From an uncultured Bacilli bacterium (GTDB lineage: Bacteria > Bacillota_I > Bacilli_A > RF39 > UBA660), in assembly GCA_934101425.1 (NCBI GenBank), contig CAKOQQ010000007.1:7338-71337 (forward strand): 64,000 nt of DNA, in the 5' to 3' direction. The position numbers and the translations under genes are program-made. The first letter of the stretch is position 1. Each line of letters starts with the position of its first letter. The notes beneath the pieces are model-generated. The model ran no database searches and was not told the DNA's origin. It saw only the letters and a program-made list of their open reading frames with translations. Below are positions 1 to 9,873 of the stretch, piece after piece.

Positions 1-172
<172 letters not shown>

Positions 173-186
173 TTAATTTTATCATA

Positions 187-801
187 TTATATTATTAAAT
201 TAAAGACTTTGGGTACCAAAAAAGTCTCATATGCTGATGTAATAAATATAAGAAGAAGCATTATAATTAGTAGTAAAAAATGTTTTTTTATAATAGTGAA
301 AAGATTTATTTTTTTCTTTTTTATAATGGAATTTAATAATTTTAATGAAATTATTATAGATACCATAGAAATTAAAGTAATTATAGTTATATTAATTATT
401 GTATGAGGAAATAAATATAAGAAAGAATATAATATTCCCTTTATCTTAAAATTGATTACAAATGATGAAATAGTAAACCCTATTACAAATACCTTGAAGA
501 AATATATAAGCAAAACAATTGGTATACCTATTATAAAATAGGATAATATCCATATTATTAGTATATAAGTAGAGTTTAATATAAAAGTATTTAAAAGTGT
601 CATAATGTAATTTATATTACCATTTTTTACTATACTATAAAATTCTTTAAAGTGGTCTAATACCAATAACGAATCTTTATCATTTAGTATCAGTCCAAAA
701 AATGCTCCACTTATAAGTGCAATTATGAATATTACAACATAAAATACAATTATTTTTTTATTAAATATATTTTTTAACTTGTCCTTTTTCATCTGAATCA
801 C
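187..801 (-). CDS. polytopic membrane protein, SpoIIM-like (stage II sporulation protein M family) by size and topology
   Basis: 204 aa, about 5 hydrophobic segments. Sits near a XerD-like gene, as spoIIM does in Bacillus. No catalytic motif, so family assignment is weak. Confidence 0.4.
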   Translation of the reverse strand: MIQMKKDKLKNIFNKKIIVFYVVIFIIALISGAFFGLILNDKDSLLVLDHFKEFYSIVKNGNINYIMTLLNTFILNSTYILIIWILSYFIIGIPIVLLIYFFKVFVIGFTISSFVINFKIKGILYSFLYLFPHTIINITIITLISMVSIIISLKLLNSIIKKKKINLFTIIKKHFLLLIIMLLLIFITSAYETFLVPKVFNLII

Positions 802-879
802 CTAAATAATTTTATTTAAATCTGTTAAAAATTATTCCAAAATATTAAAAAATATATTATAATTGATATAGGTGATAAA

Positions 880-996
880 ATGGCAAATAAAAAGAAGAAA
901 AAAAGTGAAAAGTATAGTATATTTACAAGAATAGTTATAGTAATTCTATTACTAGCTATGATATCAATGTATGTTGTTGCTATGGTTATTGGATAA
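880..996 (+). CDS. small (38 aa) membrane protein, hypothetical
   Basis: AGGTGA RBS 6 nt upstream of ATG. MANKKKKKSEKYSIFTRIVIVILLLAMISMYVVAMVIG has a basic N-terminus and one TM segment. Not in ORF track (too short). Confidence 0.3.
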   Translation: MANKKKKKSEKYSIFTRIVIVILLLAMISMYVVAMVIG

Positions 997-1049
997 TTTA
1001 TAGTATATATTAAAAAAATAAATCCATAATAATAATGGGTGATGAAATA

Positions 1050-1166
1050 ATGAAAAAAAAGAATGATTCAAGAGCTAGAAAAAATTCTAAGTCATCTATT
1101 CGTTCTTCAGCACGCTCAAATGCTAGATCAAATGCAAGATCTAACATGAGTGAAAATTGCGAATAA
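1050..1166 (+). CDS. small (38 aa) basic protein with ARSN tandem repeats, hypothetical
   Basis: GGGTGA RBS. MKKKNDSRARKNSKSSIRSSARSNARSNARSNMSENCE. Followed by a terminator hairpin. Confidence 0.35.
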   Translation: MKKKNDSRARKNSKSSIRSSARSNARSNARSNMSENCE

Positions 1167-1167
1167 T

Positions 1168-1192
1168 AAAAAAGAGATTATTCTCTTTTTTA
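1168..1192. terminator. bidirectional rho-independent terminator between convergent genes
   Basis: AAAAGAGAttatTCTCTTTT hairpin flanked by A-run and T-run. Confidence 0.5.
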
Positions 1193-1194
1193 TT

Positions 1195-2073
1195 TTATCC
1201 ATGAGGATGAAAATTCTTATATTCTTCCTTTACTTTTTCTTTTTCTACATGAGTATATATTTGTGTAGTTGAAATGGATGAATGACCAAGTAATTCTTGA
1301 ATACTACGTAAATCAGCGCCATATCTAAGTAAATGAGTAGCAAAACTGTGTCTAAGAGTATGAGGAGAAAAATCAGTCTTAATACCTTCTTTTTTTGCTA
1401 TTTTTTTAAGCAATAAGAAAAAAGTTTGCCTAGTCATTTTTTTTGATTGGTTACTTATAAAAATATATTCACTTTCTTTATCTCTTAAAAAATCATTTCT
1501 ATAGTTATCTATATAATATTTCAAATAATACATTGCATATTCACCTATGGGCACAATTCTTTCTTTACTCCCCTTCCCCATAGTTTTTAAGTATTCTTGA
1601 TCAAAATTTATATTGTTTAATTTTAAATTTACCAGTTCGCTTACTCTAAGACCAGTAGCGTATAATAATTCTATCATAGCTTTATTTCTATAATCAAATT
1701 TATCATTTAAAGGAATATTTAATAGTATATTAACTTCTTCAATTGATAAAGCTTTAGGTAAAGTTTTTCTAATTTTAGGTAATTCAATTTTATCAAGTGG
1801 TGATTTAGAAGTTATTTTTTCTATTATTAAGTATTTATAAAAACTTTTTAATGAAGATATTTTATTAGCAACACTTTTTTCACTAATGTTATTTTTATTT
1901 AAGTGCATTAAATATTTTTTTATATCTTCCTCTTCTACATTCTTAAAATTTTTATTTACAAATTCGCTGAAACTAGAAATATTCGTTATGTAAGTATTTA
2001 TAGTATTTATTGAATATTTTTTTTCTACCTTTAGGTATAATTCATATTCAGTAATAATGTCATAATTACTCAT
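1195..2073 (-). CDS. site-specific tyrosine recombinase, XerC/XerD family
   Basis: 292 aa with C-terminal HTLRHSFATHLLRYGADLRSIQELLGHSSISTTQIYTHV (R-H-R-Y catalytic region). No flanking att repeats or phage genes, so likely the chromosomal dimer-resolution recombinase. Confidence 0.8.
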   Translation of the reverse strand: MSNYDIITEYELYLKVEKKYSINTINTYITNISSFSEFVNKNFKNVEEEDIKKYLMHLNKNNISEKSVANKISSLKSFYKYLIIEKITSKSPLDKIELPKIRKTLPKALSIEEVNILLNIPLNDKFDYRNKAMIELLYATGLRVSELVNLKLNNINFDQEYLKTMGKGSKERIVPIGEYAMYYLKYYIDNYRNDFLRDKESEYIFISNQSKKMTRQTFFLLLKKIAKKEGIKTDFSPHTLRHSFATHLLRYGADLRSIQELLGHSSISTTQIYTHVEKEKVKEEYKNFHPHG

Positions 2074-2136
2074 ATTATCACCTATTTAATTATACCATAT
2101 ATTTTATTTTTATGATAAAATATATATGGTGATTTT

Positions 2137-3351
2137 ATGAATGAACCTTTAGCAATTAAATTAAGACCACAAACTTTAAATGATGTAGTTGGTCAAACTC
2201 ATTTGATTGGTGAAAATAAAATATTAAGTAATATTGTAAAAAATAAACATTTATTTTCTATGATTTTTTATGGCAAACCTGGTATTGGAAAAACAACTAT
2301 TGCAAATGCTTTAGTGCATGAATTAGGACTAAAATATCGTTCACTTAATGCAGTTATAAATAATAAAAAAGATTTCGATATAGTTGTAGAAGAAGCTAAA
2401 ATGTATGGCAATATAGTTTTAATTATGGATGAAATACATAGAATGAATAAGGATAAACAAGATTTATTACTTCCTTATGTAGAAAATGGTTTAATAACAC
2501 TTATTGGTTTAACAACCTCTAATCCTTATCATAGTATTAATCCAGCTATAAGAAGTAGATGCCAAATTTTTGAACTTAAAGAATTAACTAAAGAAGATAT
2601 TATATTAGCTATTAAAAATGCTTGTAATAGTGAATATTTAAAGGATATAACTATAGATGATGAGGCAATTAATTATATTGCAACATACTCTAGCGGTGAT
2701 TTAAGAAGTGCCTATAATTTAATAGAAGTAGCTTATTTTTCATCTAATGATAAAGTAATTACTGTAGAATATTTAAAACAAATAAGTAATAAAACTATAT
2801 TTTTTGCTGATAAAAATGGTGATGGACATTATGATTTATTGTCTGCTTTTCAAAAGTCTATTAGAGGTAGTGATGTAGATGCATCTTTATATTATTTAGC
2901 TAGGCTCATTGAATCAGGCGATTTTGATAGTATTTATAGAAGAATGAGTGTTATAGCTTATGAAGATATAGGACTTGCTAATCCTTCAATTGGCCCCAAA
3001 GTAGATGCAGCAATTCACGCATGTGAACGTCTTGGTATGCCAGAAGCTAGAATACCTCTTTCTGTAGTTATTGTTGAAATGGCATTATCTCCTAAATCAA
3101 ATTCTGCCCATGTTGCTTTAGATTTAGCTTTAAATGATATTAGATCAGGATCAACTGGTAATGTTCCAAATCATATTAAAACAAATTCTAAAGATTATAA
3201 GTATCCGCACAACTATAAAAATGCTTACGTAAAACAACAATATTTACCTGATAATATAAAAGACAGAAGATATTATAAAGCTAGAACAACTAGCAAATAT
3301 GAAACATCATTAAAAAATATAAATGATAAATTAAAAGGAATTAGTAATTAA
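2137..3351 (+). CDS. rarA: replication-associated recombination protein A (AAA+ ATPase RarA/MgsA)
   Basis: 404 aa with Walker A GKPGIGKTT and typical RarA length and C-terminal domain. GGTGAT RBS. Confidence 0.85.
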   Translation: MNEPLAIKLRPQTLNDVVGQTHLIGENKILSNIVKNKHLFSMIFYGKPGIGKTTIANALVHELGLKYRSLNAVINNKKDFDIVVEEAKMYGNIVLIMDEIHRMNKDKQDLLLPYVENGLITLIGLTTSNPYHSINPAIRSRCQIFELKELTKEDIILAIKNACNSEYLKDITIDDEAINYIATYSSGDLRSAYNLIEVAYFSSNDKVITVEYLKQISNKTIFFADKNGDGHYDLLSAFQKSIRGSDVDASLYYLARLIESGDFDSIYRRMSVIAYEDIGLANPSIGPKVDAAIHACERLGMPEARIPLSVVIVEMALSPKSNSAHVALDLALNDIRSGSTGNVPNHIKTNSKDYKYPHNYKNAYVKQQYLPDNIKDRRYYKARTTSKYETSLKNINDKLKGISN

Positions 3352-4295
3352 TTCCTTTTTTGATTTATTATAAATAGTTCTAATGCTAAATTTTTATCTA
3401 TTTTTCCTGTTTTAATTTTTAAATCTAAATCAGCTAAAGTATCTATTAAACTAAGTAATTTTTTATTGGTATAACCATTACCTTTCTCTAAAATAAATTT
3501 TATTCTATAAGGATTTTGTTCTAGCATATTACCTATGTCAAAAATATTATACCCTACCCTAGATAATTCTTTTGATTGATACATTAATCTAAAATTATCT
3601 GCTAATATACTAATGATTTTAATCGGTTCTTCATTATTTTTAAGCATTTCATAGTACATTTCTAAAGATTTTTCTATATTTCCATATATTATGTTATCTA
3701 TAAACTTAAATATATCTATTTCATATGTTTTAGAAATGACACTTATAATATCATCTTTAGTAATTTCTTTATCATTTTCTTTATATAACTTTAATTTATT
3801 TATTTCATTATTTATAATTCCTAAATCATTATTTATTCTATCTGCAAATAATTTAATGTTACTATCTGATATTTTATAATCTTTTAATTCTCTTTTTATA
3901 TATGATTCTTTATCAATTTCTTTATTAAATTCTTGTACTTTACCATTCTTTTTAATGGATTTAACAATTTTTTTTACATTGTTTATATTTTCATCGTTTG
4001 ATATAAAAATTATTATAGTTTCTTTTGGACTGTTATCTAAATATTTTTCTAATTCTTTAGTATCAATTTCCTTTTTCCTTTTTATCGTCGAAAAAATAAA
4101 TGCATCATCTACTATTATTAGTTTTTTATCTCCAAACATCGAAAACATTAGTGCATCATCTATTATATTTTTAAGTTCATCATCTTCTAGATTATATTTA
4201 CTTATATTTAAGTCATTTATATTATTTTCACTAATAATTTTCTTTATTTCATCATCGATAAGTACTCTTTGTTTCCCATATAATAGATAGTTCAT
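3348..4295 (-). CDS. holA: DNA polymerase III delta subunit (HolA-like)
   Basis: 315 aa with HolA-like length and N-terminal MNYLLYGKQ..LIDDEIKKI pattern. Convergent 4-nt overlap with rarA. Moderate. Confidence 0.55.
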   Translation of the reverse strand: MNYLLYGKQRVLIDDEIKKIISENNINDLNISKYNLEDDELKNIIDDALMFSMFGDKKLIIVDDAFIFSTIKRKKEIDTKELEKYLDNSPKETIIIFISNDENINNVKKIVKSIKKNGKVQEFNKEIDKESYIKRELKDYKISDSNIKLFADRINNDLGIINNEINKLKLYKENDKEITKDDIISVISKTYEIDIFKFIDNIIYGNIEKSLEMYYEMLKNNEEPIKIISILADNFRLMYQSKELSRVGYNIFDIGNMLEQNPYRIKFILEKGNGYTNKKLLSLIDTLADLDLKIKTGKIDKNLALELFIINQKRN

Positions 4296-4432
4296 ACAAT
4301 CACCTATTTAATTATAACATTTAATCATTATAAAAGAAATATAAATTTTTTGATTAAACCTTTGTTTTTATAAGAAAAGCCTTATAAAAACTTGCTTTTT
4401 TAGTGTTTTTGTGATATAGTATAGCACATGAG

Positions 4433-5035
4433 GTGGGGGAAATGGTAAATATAAGATCAAAAAGAGATAGTTTGACTGGTTTTTATACTTACGTTATTCA
4501 TAATCCTAATACTAATCAAGTATTAAGATGGGAATTAAAGAATAATGGTGATTTACTATGGAAATATATATCTCCTAATCAAGGTTCTGAACATTATGAA
4601 GTATTTACAGTAGATAAGAGTGATCATGAACTACATAGTATAATTGATAGATTATATAATGAAATTAAAAATGGACAAATTTTTGTTAATGATATTTCAG
4701 TTAATATAGATTTTAGAAAAGCTAACAGAGGAAATAATGTTAAATTTGCTGCTAGTGAAATGTATGATCCAAATACAAATATGGTTAAATGGTATAGTGA
4801 TGACGAAAATACTATTAGTTCTGTATTTATAAATAAAAATGGTGAAAATTATCAGCTAATATTTGTAAGTGACGAAAGAAAAAAATCAACTGATATAGTA
4901 TTTAAACAAAATGATAGTTTTTATGAATGTGGTGCTATTCCATTCTTAAGAGCTCATAATCGTTTGGAAAAATTAATTACTAAACAAGATGAAAAAGAAA
5001 ATGAAAAAATTTATACATTCAAAAAAAGTGCTTAA
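4433..5035 (+). CDS. hypothetical protein (~197 aa; probable ATG start at 4442 after GAGGTGG RBS, track start is GTG)
   Basis: Own sigma-A-like promoter (TTGCTT-17-TGaTATAGT) and terminator. No recognisable domain. Confidence 0.6.
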   Translation: MGEMVNIRSKRDSLTGFYTYVIHNPNTNQVLRWELKNNGDLLWKYISPNQGSEHYEVFTVDKSDHELHSIIDRLYNEIKNGQIFVNDISVNIDFRKANRGNNVKFAASEMYDPNTNMVKWYSDDENTISSVFINKNGENYQLIFVSDERKKSTDIVFKQNDSFYECGAIPFLRAHNRLEKLITKQDEKENEKIYTFKKSA

Positions 5036-5052
5036 ATAGCACTTTTATTTTT
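5021..5052. terminator. bidirectional terminator shared by convergent genes
   Basis: AAAAGTGCttaaataGCACTTTT hairpin. Both stop codons lie within it. Confidence 0.5.
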
Positions 5053-6322
5053 GCATTTTTATAGTTATAGCATTTACTATAGCATCTATATATAAATTCA
5101 TATTATCTTTTATATCTTTAATGTCATTAGCATTGTTCATGTATCCAAGTTCTATAATATATGATTCACTAGCTACTATATTATTTCTATATGGATTAAC
5201 TGATTTATTTTTATTAGTAGTACCATCTACATAAGCATCTGTTATTTCACCACCGGTTTCTCTTATCATATAATAATAGTTAGTTTTAGTATTTATATCT
5301 AATAATGGTAAATTATCTTTTTCTCTTTCTTTTTTTATTTCATTAAGTTCATATGTAGAAAATGTTCTAGTGTATATGCCGTTATATACTTGATAATATT
5401 TATTAGTAGAAGCATGAGATACTTTGCTTAAATTTTCACTTAATGATTTAGCAAAAGAATAATCAATATTGTACGGAGTATAAATTTCGTAACCACTACC
5501 CTTTTTGCTAGAACTACTATTTAAGTGAATTGAAATAAGTAATTTAGAATGTGTTTCATATGGTCTAGCTGTTCTAGATTTTGTTCCATACGTAGGTATT
5601 ACATCTTTATTAGTTATTTTATCGACGTCCCAAGTATATGCTACTTTATATCCTTTTTCTTCTAAGTTTTCTTTTAACCTAGAAGCAATCTCTGGAGTAA
5701 AAGTTCTTTCATTTATATCACATTTCTTATTATGACAAGCACCAGAATCAGTACCACCATGTCCAGGATCAATTATTATATCGTATGTTTCATCTTTTGT
5801 TATACCACTTTTTATAGATAACGTATTATATTTATTATTAGAGTTTATTTCTAATTTATAATTATTATTTTCACTATCTGTAGTTGTGTAATAATCTATT
5901 TCATCTTTACTATTTAAACTATAATAATAAGCATTTCCACTATTATCAGTAATTTTTAAAAATATTAAATAATATACATCTTTATATTGATCTAATAATA
6001 GTCCATCATTTACTTTATTGCTAATTTTAAATTCAATATAATCATCTAATACTTCATAATTAATAGGTATATTTTTATCTTCTTTCGAATGAATATAAAG
6101 TTCTATTTCTTTAATACTAGTATTATTTAGTTTACCCTCTAAATTTAAATGATTACCATATACATAATATTTTTCTAAATTTATAGTATCTTTTATTTCA
6201 ATGCTTAAACTATTTATAATATTTTCAATTTCATTTTTTTCTTTTATAAATTTAAAATTATATATTATATATGAAATTGCTATTAAAGAAATTATTCCTA
6301 ATATAATAAGTAATTTTTTCAT
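5045..6322 (-). CDS. N-acetylmuramoyl-L-alanine amidase (Amidase_3 catalytic domain) with N-terminal TM anchor and unknown ~180-aa domain
   Basis: IIDPGHGGTDSGA zinc-amidase motif. Probable start MKKLL after GAGGGTGA RBS (track start is an upstream GTG). Overlaps queH 3' end. Confidence 0.7.
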   Translation of the reverse strand: MKKLLIILGIISLIAISYIIYNFKFIKEKNEIENIINSLSIEIKDTINLEKYYVYGNHLNLEGKLNNTSIKEIELYIHSKEDKNIPINYEVLDDYIEFKISNKVNDGLLLDQYKDVYYLIFLKITDNSGNAYYYSLNSKDEIDYYTTTDSENNNYKLEINSNNKYNTLSIKSGITKDETYDIIIDPGHGGTDSGACHNKKCDINERTFTPEIASRLKENLEEKGYKVAYTWDVDKITNKDVIPTYGTKSRTARPYETHSKLLISIHLNSSSSKKGSGYEIYTPYNIDYSFAKSLSENLSKVSHASTNKYYQVYNGIYTRTFSTYELNEIKKEREKDNLPLLDINTKTNYYYMIRETGGEITDAYVDGTTNKNKSVNPYRNNIVASESYIIELGYMNNANDIKDIKDNMNLYIDAIVNAITIKMQK

Positions 6323-6323
6323 A

Positions 6324-6914
6324 CTATTCACCCTCTACTGAATATTCACATCCGCAATAATGTTGTCTATATAAATCATATTTTTTTGATAATTCGATTG
6401 ATTTTTTATATCCTTCTTTTTTCTTAAAGTCAGAATATAAATATTTAACATTATATTTTTGCTCTAATATAGCCCCTATTTTATTGATTATTTGGCTGTT
6501 TTTATAAGGACTAACTGTCAAAGTAGTACAGAAGTACTCAAATTGATTTAATTGAGCTAAAATGGCCGTTTTTTCAAGTCTCAAGGCAAAGCATTTATTA
6601 CATCTAGCTCCACCTTCTTTTTCATCTTCTAAACCTTTTACATTTTCTTTAAATTCGTTATGATCATAATCAATATCCATAATTGGTATATTTAATATTT
6701 CTAATAACTTAATTTGTTCATTTTTCCTTTTTAAATACTCTTCTAAAGGATATATATTTGGATTATAATATAATACTGTTACATCAAAATATTCTTTTAA
6801 AAGAGTTACTACATGACTGCTACAAGGTGCACAACAACTATGTAGTAATACCTTTGGTCTATAATTAAGTTTTGATGTTATATCTTCAAATATATTATTG
6901 TAATTTTCCTTCAT
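6324..6914 (-). CDS. queH: epoxyqueuosine reductase QueH (DUF208)
   Basis: 196 aa with LLHSCCAPCS cysteine motif and further conserved Cys (CNKC, CGC). Confidence 0.8.
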   Translation of the reverse strand: MKENYNNIFEDITSKLNYRPKVLLHSCCAPCSSHVVTLLKEYFDVTVLYYNPNIYPLEEYLKRKNEQIKLLEILNIPIMDIDYDHNEFKENVKGLEDEKEGGARCNKCFALRLEKTAILAQLNQFEYFCTTLTVSPYKNSQIINKIGAILEQKYNVKYLYSDFKKKEGYKKSIELSKKYDLYRQHYCGCEYSVEGE

Positions 6915-7035
6915 AATACCACCACTAATTCCTTACCTATTATACCACATTAATATAAAAATAAATTATATTAAATAATACTATACACTTATCTATACAT
7001 AAAAAAATACGATATAAATCGTATTTATAAACTAA

Positions 7036-7112
7036 TGGTAGCGACGGAGGGGATCGAACCCCCGACCTATTGGGTATGAACCAATCGCTCTAGCCAGCTG
7101 AGCTACATCGCC
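7036..7112 (-). tRNA. tRNA-Met (anticodon CAT), elongator type
   Basis: Cloverleaf found by hand. Acceptor GGCGATG/CGTCGCT (two GU pairs), D-arm GCTCAGCTGGCTAGAGC, anticodon stem ATTGG/CCAAT with loop TTCATAC, T-arm GGGGGTTCGATCCCCTC, encoded CCA. Near-identical to Bacillus elongator tRNA-Met and unlike initiator or Ile2. Confidence 0.85.
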
Positions 7113-7253
7113 ATAAATAAGTAAGCAATATAAATATATCATAAAATGATATTTTTAACAATACTTTTTTTGAAAAAAATATAAAAACATTTGTTTTTCA
7201 AATATTGACAATAATTAAAAAAAATATTATCATATCTTATATGGAGGCATAAT

Positions 7254-7721
7254 ATGAAAAAAATATTTTTAAGTTTAATGATAGTTAGTTCTATGCTACT
7301 TTTAACAGCTTGTGGAAATAGTGGTAATAAATATGATAATTCTGTTACACCAAAACTTGGTGATACCGTTATTATGGATGGTTTTGAAGTTACTTTAGTT
7401 AGTTATACAATAGGAAAAGCGATTGATCCTGATGATGAATATCAAGATTTAATATATTTAGATGTTAAAATTAAAAACACAGGTACTGCATCTGACAAAT
7501 TGTATAATAATAGTTATAAAATCTACAGTCCAAATAATACCTTGATTAATGAAATTTATAGTTCTGACTATCCTAATTCAATTGATAATATAACAGAAAT
7601 TCGTCCGAATGGTGAGGCTAGTGCACAAATGATATTCCCATTTTTAGGATATGGTAAATATTACATTGAATTTCCTGGGGTAAATGGCACTGTAACAGCA
7701 GAACTTGATATAAAAGAATAA
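7254..7721 (+). CDS. lipoprotein, hypothetical (DUF4352-like beta-sandwich?)
   Basis: Signal peptide with lipobox LLTAC. 155 aa. Confidence 0.6.
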   Translation: MKKIFLSLMIVSSMLLLTACGNSGNKYDNSVTPKLGDTVIMDGFEVTLVSYTIGKAIDPDDEYQDLIYLDVKIKNTGTASDKLYNNSYKIYSPNNTLINEIYSSDYPNSIDNITEIRPNGEASAQMIFPFLGYGKYYIEFPGVNGTVTAELDIKE

Positions 7722-7736
7722 AAAGTTAGGAATTTC

Positions 7737-8555
7737 CTAACTTTCTTTTTTTATTAAATTATAATATAACATAGCAACTGTCATAGGTCCTACTCCACCT
7801 GGAACTGGAGTAATATATTTTGCTTTTTTACTTACATGTTTAAAATCAACATCACCATATAACTTATTATCGACTTTATTTATACCAACATCTACTATAA
7901 TAGAACCACGTTTTACCATATTTTTAGTTATTAAATGTTTGCATCCTACTGCACAGATTAATAAATCTGCTTTTTTTGTATAATCTTTTAAGCGTTTAGT
8001 TTTACTATGGCAAACTGTTACAGTGGCGTTTTTTCTAAGTAGTAGTTCAATTAATGGCTTACCAACTAATTTACTTCTACCAACTATAACGGCATTTTTA
8101 CCTTCTAAATTTATATTATAGTACTCTAATAATTTAATAATTCCATATGGGGTACAAGATATTATACCAGGATTATTGCTAAATAAATTACCACAATTTT
8201 TTATAGTAAGACCATCAATATCTTTTGTTTCATCTATAGCATTTATAATTTTGTCTACATTTAAATGATCTGGTAATGGGAGTTGTACTATTATTCCATT
8301 TATCTTTTTATCTTTGTTTAAACTTTCTATTTTTCTAATTACAATATCATCTGTTATATCTAAATCAAATTTAAAATGGTTAAAGTTAACATTTAAATAT
8401 TCTGCAACTTTCTTTTTATTTTTTATATATACATTACTTGCTGCGTCATCACCAACTTGTATAACTGCTATACCATATTCTAAGTTATTTTCTTGTATAT
8501 AGTCTTTTAATTCTTCTTTGATTTTATTACTAACTAGTTTTCCATCTAGTATCAT
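7737..8555 (-). CDS. folD: bifunctional methylenetetrahydrofolate dehydrogenase/cyclohydrolase FolD
   Basis: 272 aa with N-terminal ILDGK, NAD(P)-binding VVGRSKLVGKP and PGGVGPMT motifs. Confidence 0.9.
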   Translation of the reverse strand: MILDGKLVSNKIKEELKDYIQENNLEYGIAVIQVGDDAASNVYIKNKKKVAEYLNVNFNHFKFDLDITDDIVIRKIESLNKDKKINGIIVQLPLPDHLNVDKIINAIDETKDIDGLTIKNCGNLFSNNPGIISCTPYGIIKLLEYYNINLEGKNAVIVGRSKLVGKPLIELLLRKNATVTVCHSKTKRLKDYTKKADLLICAVGCKHLITKNMVKRGSIIVDVGINKVDNKLYGDVDFKHVSKKAKYITPVPGGVGPMTVAMLYYNLIKKES

Positions 8556-8566
8556 TTAATCACATC

Positions 8567-9790
8567 CTATTCATATAATGGATATTTATCAGTTAATTCT
8601 TTAGTTTCTTTTCTTAATTCTTCGTATACTTCATCATTATCGATATTTCTTAAAGCTTTAGAAATAATTTTTCCTACTTTAATAAAATCTTCTTCTTTGA
8701 AACCTCTAGTTGTCATAGCTGGACTGCCTAATCTAATTCCACTTGTTTTAAATGGAGATTCTGTTTCATTTGGAATAGTATTTTTATTACATGTTATACA
8801 TATTTTATCAAGTGCTTTTTCTGCATCTTTTCCTGTTATACCTAATGTAGATTTAACATCAACTAATATTAAATGATTATCAGTACCATTAGATATTATT
8901 CTGAAGCCTTCTTCTTTTAAAGTTTCAGATAAAGCTTTGATATTCTTTAAAACTTGAATTTGATAATCTTTAAATTCTGGTTGTAAAGCTTCATAGAAAC
9001 ATTCTGCCTTGGCGCCAATAACATGCATTAAAGGTCCACCTTGTATACCAGGAAAAATAGTCTTGTTTATTTTTTTAATTATTTCTTCATTATTTGTTAA
9101 AATAAGCCCACCACGAGGTCCTCTTAGTGTTTTATGTGTTGTAGAAGTTACTACATCTGCATAAGGAAAAGGACTTGGATGAAGACCACATGCTACTAAT
9201 CCTGCAATATGTGCCATATCAACCATTAAAATAGCTCCACAAGCATCAGCTGCTTCTCTGAACTTTTTAAAATCTATTGTTCTAGAGTAAGCACTAGCAC
9301 CAGCAATAATCATTTTTGGTTTTTCTTTTTTAGCTAGTTCAATAAGTTCATCATAATTAATTTCTTCAGTTTCTAAATCAACATTATAAGATACAATATC
9401 ATATTCTAATCCACTAAAGTTAATGCTATGTCCATGAGTTAAATGCCCTCCATGACTTAAATTCATACCCATTACTTTATCTTTATAATTTAATAATGCC
9501 TTATATACAGCCATATTGGCACTACTACCACTATGTGGTTGTACATTAGCGTATTTACAATTAAATAATTTAGTAGCATATTCTATTGCTAGATTTTCAA
9601 ATATATCTATATATTCACAACCTCCATAATATCTTTTGCCACTATATCCTTCTGCGTATTTATTAGTCAAAATACTTCCTTGTAATTCCAATATATCTTT
9701 AGAAACAAAATTTTCAGAAGCAATTAATTCAATATTTCTTCTTTGTCTTTCTAGTTCTTTATTTAAAGCATCTTTAAGTAGTTTATCCAT
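8567..9790 (-). CDS. glyA: serine hydroxymethyltransferase GlyA
   Basis: 407 aa with ELIASENF and PLP-lysine region [12 protein letters not shown]. Confidence 0.95.
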   Translation of the reverse strand: MDKLLKDALNKELERQRRNIELIASENFVSKDILELQGSILTNKYAEGYSGKRYYGGCEYIDIFENLAIEYATKLFNCKYANVQPHSGSSANMAVYKALLNYKDKVMGMNLSHGGHLTHGHSINFSGLEYDIVSYNVDLETEEINYDELIELAKKEKPKMIIAGASAYSRTIDFKKFREAADACGAILMVDMAHIAGLVACGLHPSPFPYADVVTSTTHKTLRGPRGGLILTNNEEIIKKINKTIFPGIQGGPLMHVIGAKAECFYEALQPEFKDYQIQVLKNIKALSETLKEEGFRIISNGTDNHLILVDVKSTLGITGKDAEKALDKICITCNKNTIPNETESPFKTSGIRLGSPAMTTRGFKEEDFIKVGKIISKALRNIDNDEVYEELRKETKELTDKYPLYE

Positions 9791-9873
9791 TCTATCACCT
9801 ATTTCATTATATCATATTATAATTTAATTGACATCACTTTTTTAATAATATATAATTATGCTTAGGATAGGAG

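Noticed and set aside
1195-2073. Tyrosine recombinase as an integrase of a mobile element
   Set aside because: No adjacent tRNA, direct repeats, excisionase or phage/ICE genes. XerC/D-like length and motifs, and housekeeping neighbours (rarA, holA), point to the chromosomal dimer-resolution recombinase.
3691-4290. Plus-strand ORFs (62 and 111 aa) inside holA
   Set aside because: Antisense shadow ORFs in AT-rich DNA, with no RBS and a hydrophobic junk composition. The same judgement applies to 209-406, 8314-8502, 9636-9827, 10718-11056, 12124-12528, 13157-13477, 15421-15654, 21118-21369, 21730-21915, 22018-22239, 24371-24559, 29512-29718, 33041-33241, 36974-37171, 38384-38578, 39692-39913, 44839-45099, 46052-46330, 47123-47449, 47687-47920, 48226-48720, 49410-49616, 50439-50772, 52060-52260, 53573-53782, 57519-57758, 58326-58556, 58913-59233, 61724-61921, 62304-62549 and 63022-63342.
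7036-7112. tRNA(CAT) as initiator tRNA-fMet or lysidine tRNA-Ile2
   Set aside because: The anticodon stem lacks the three consecutive G-C pairs of initiators and 1-72 is paired. The sequence is near-identical to Bacillus elongator tRNA-Met and unlike tRNA-Ile2.
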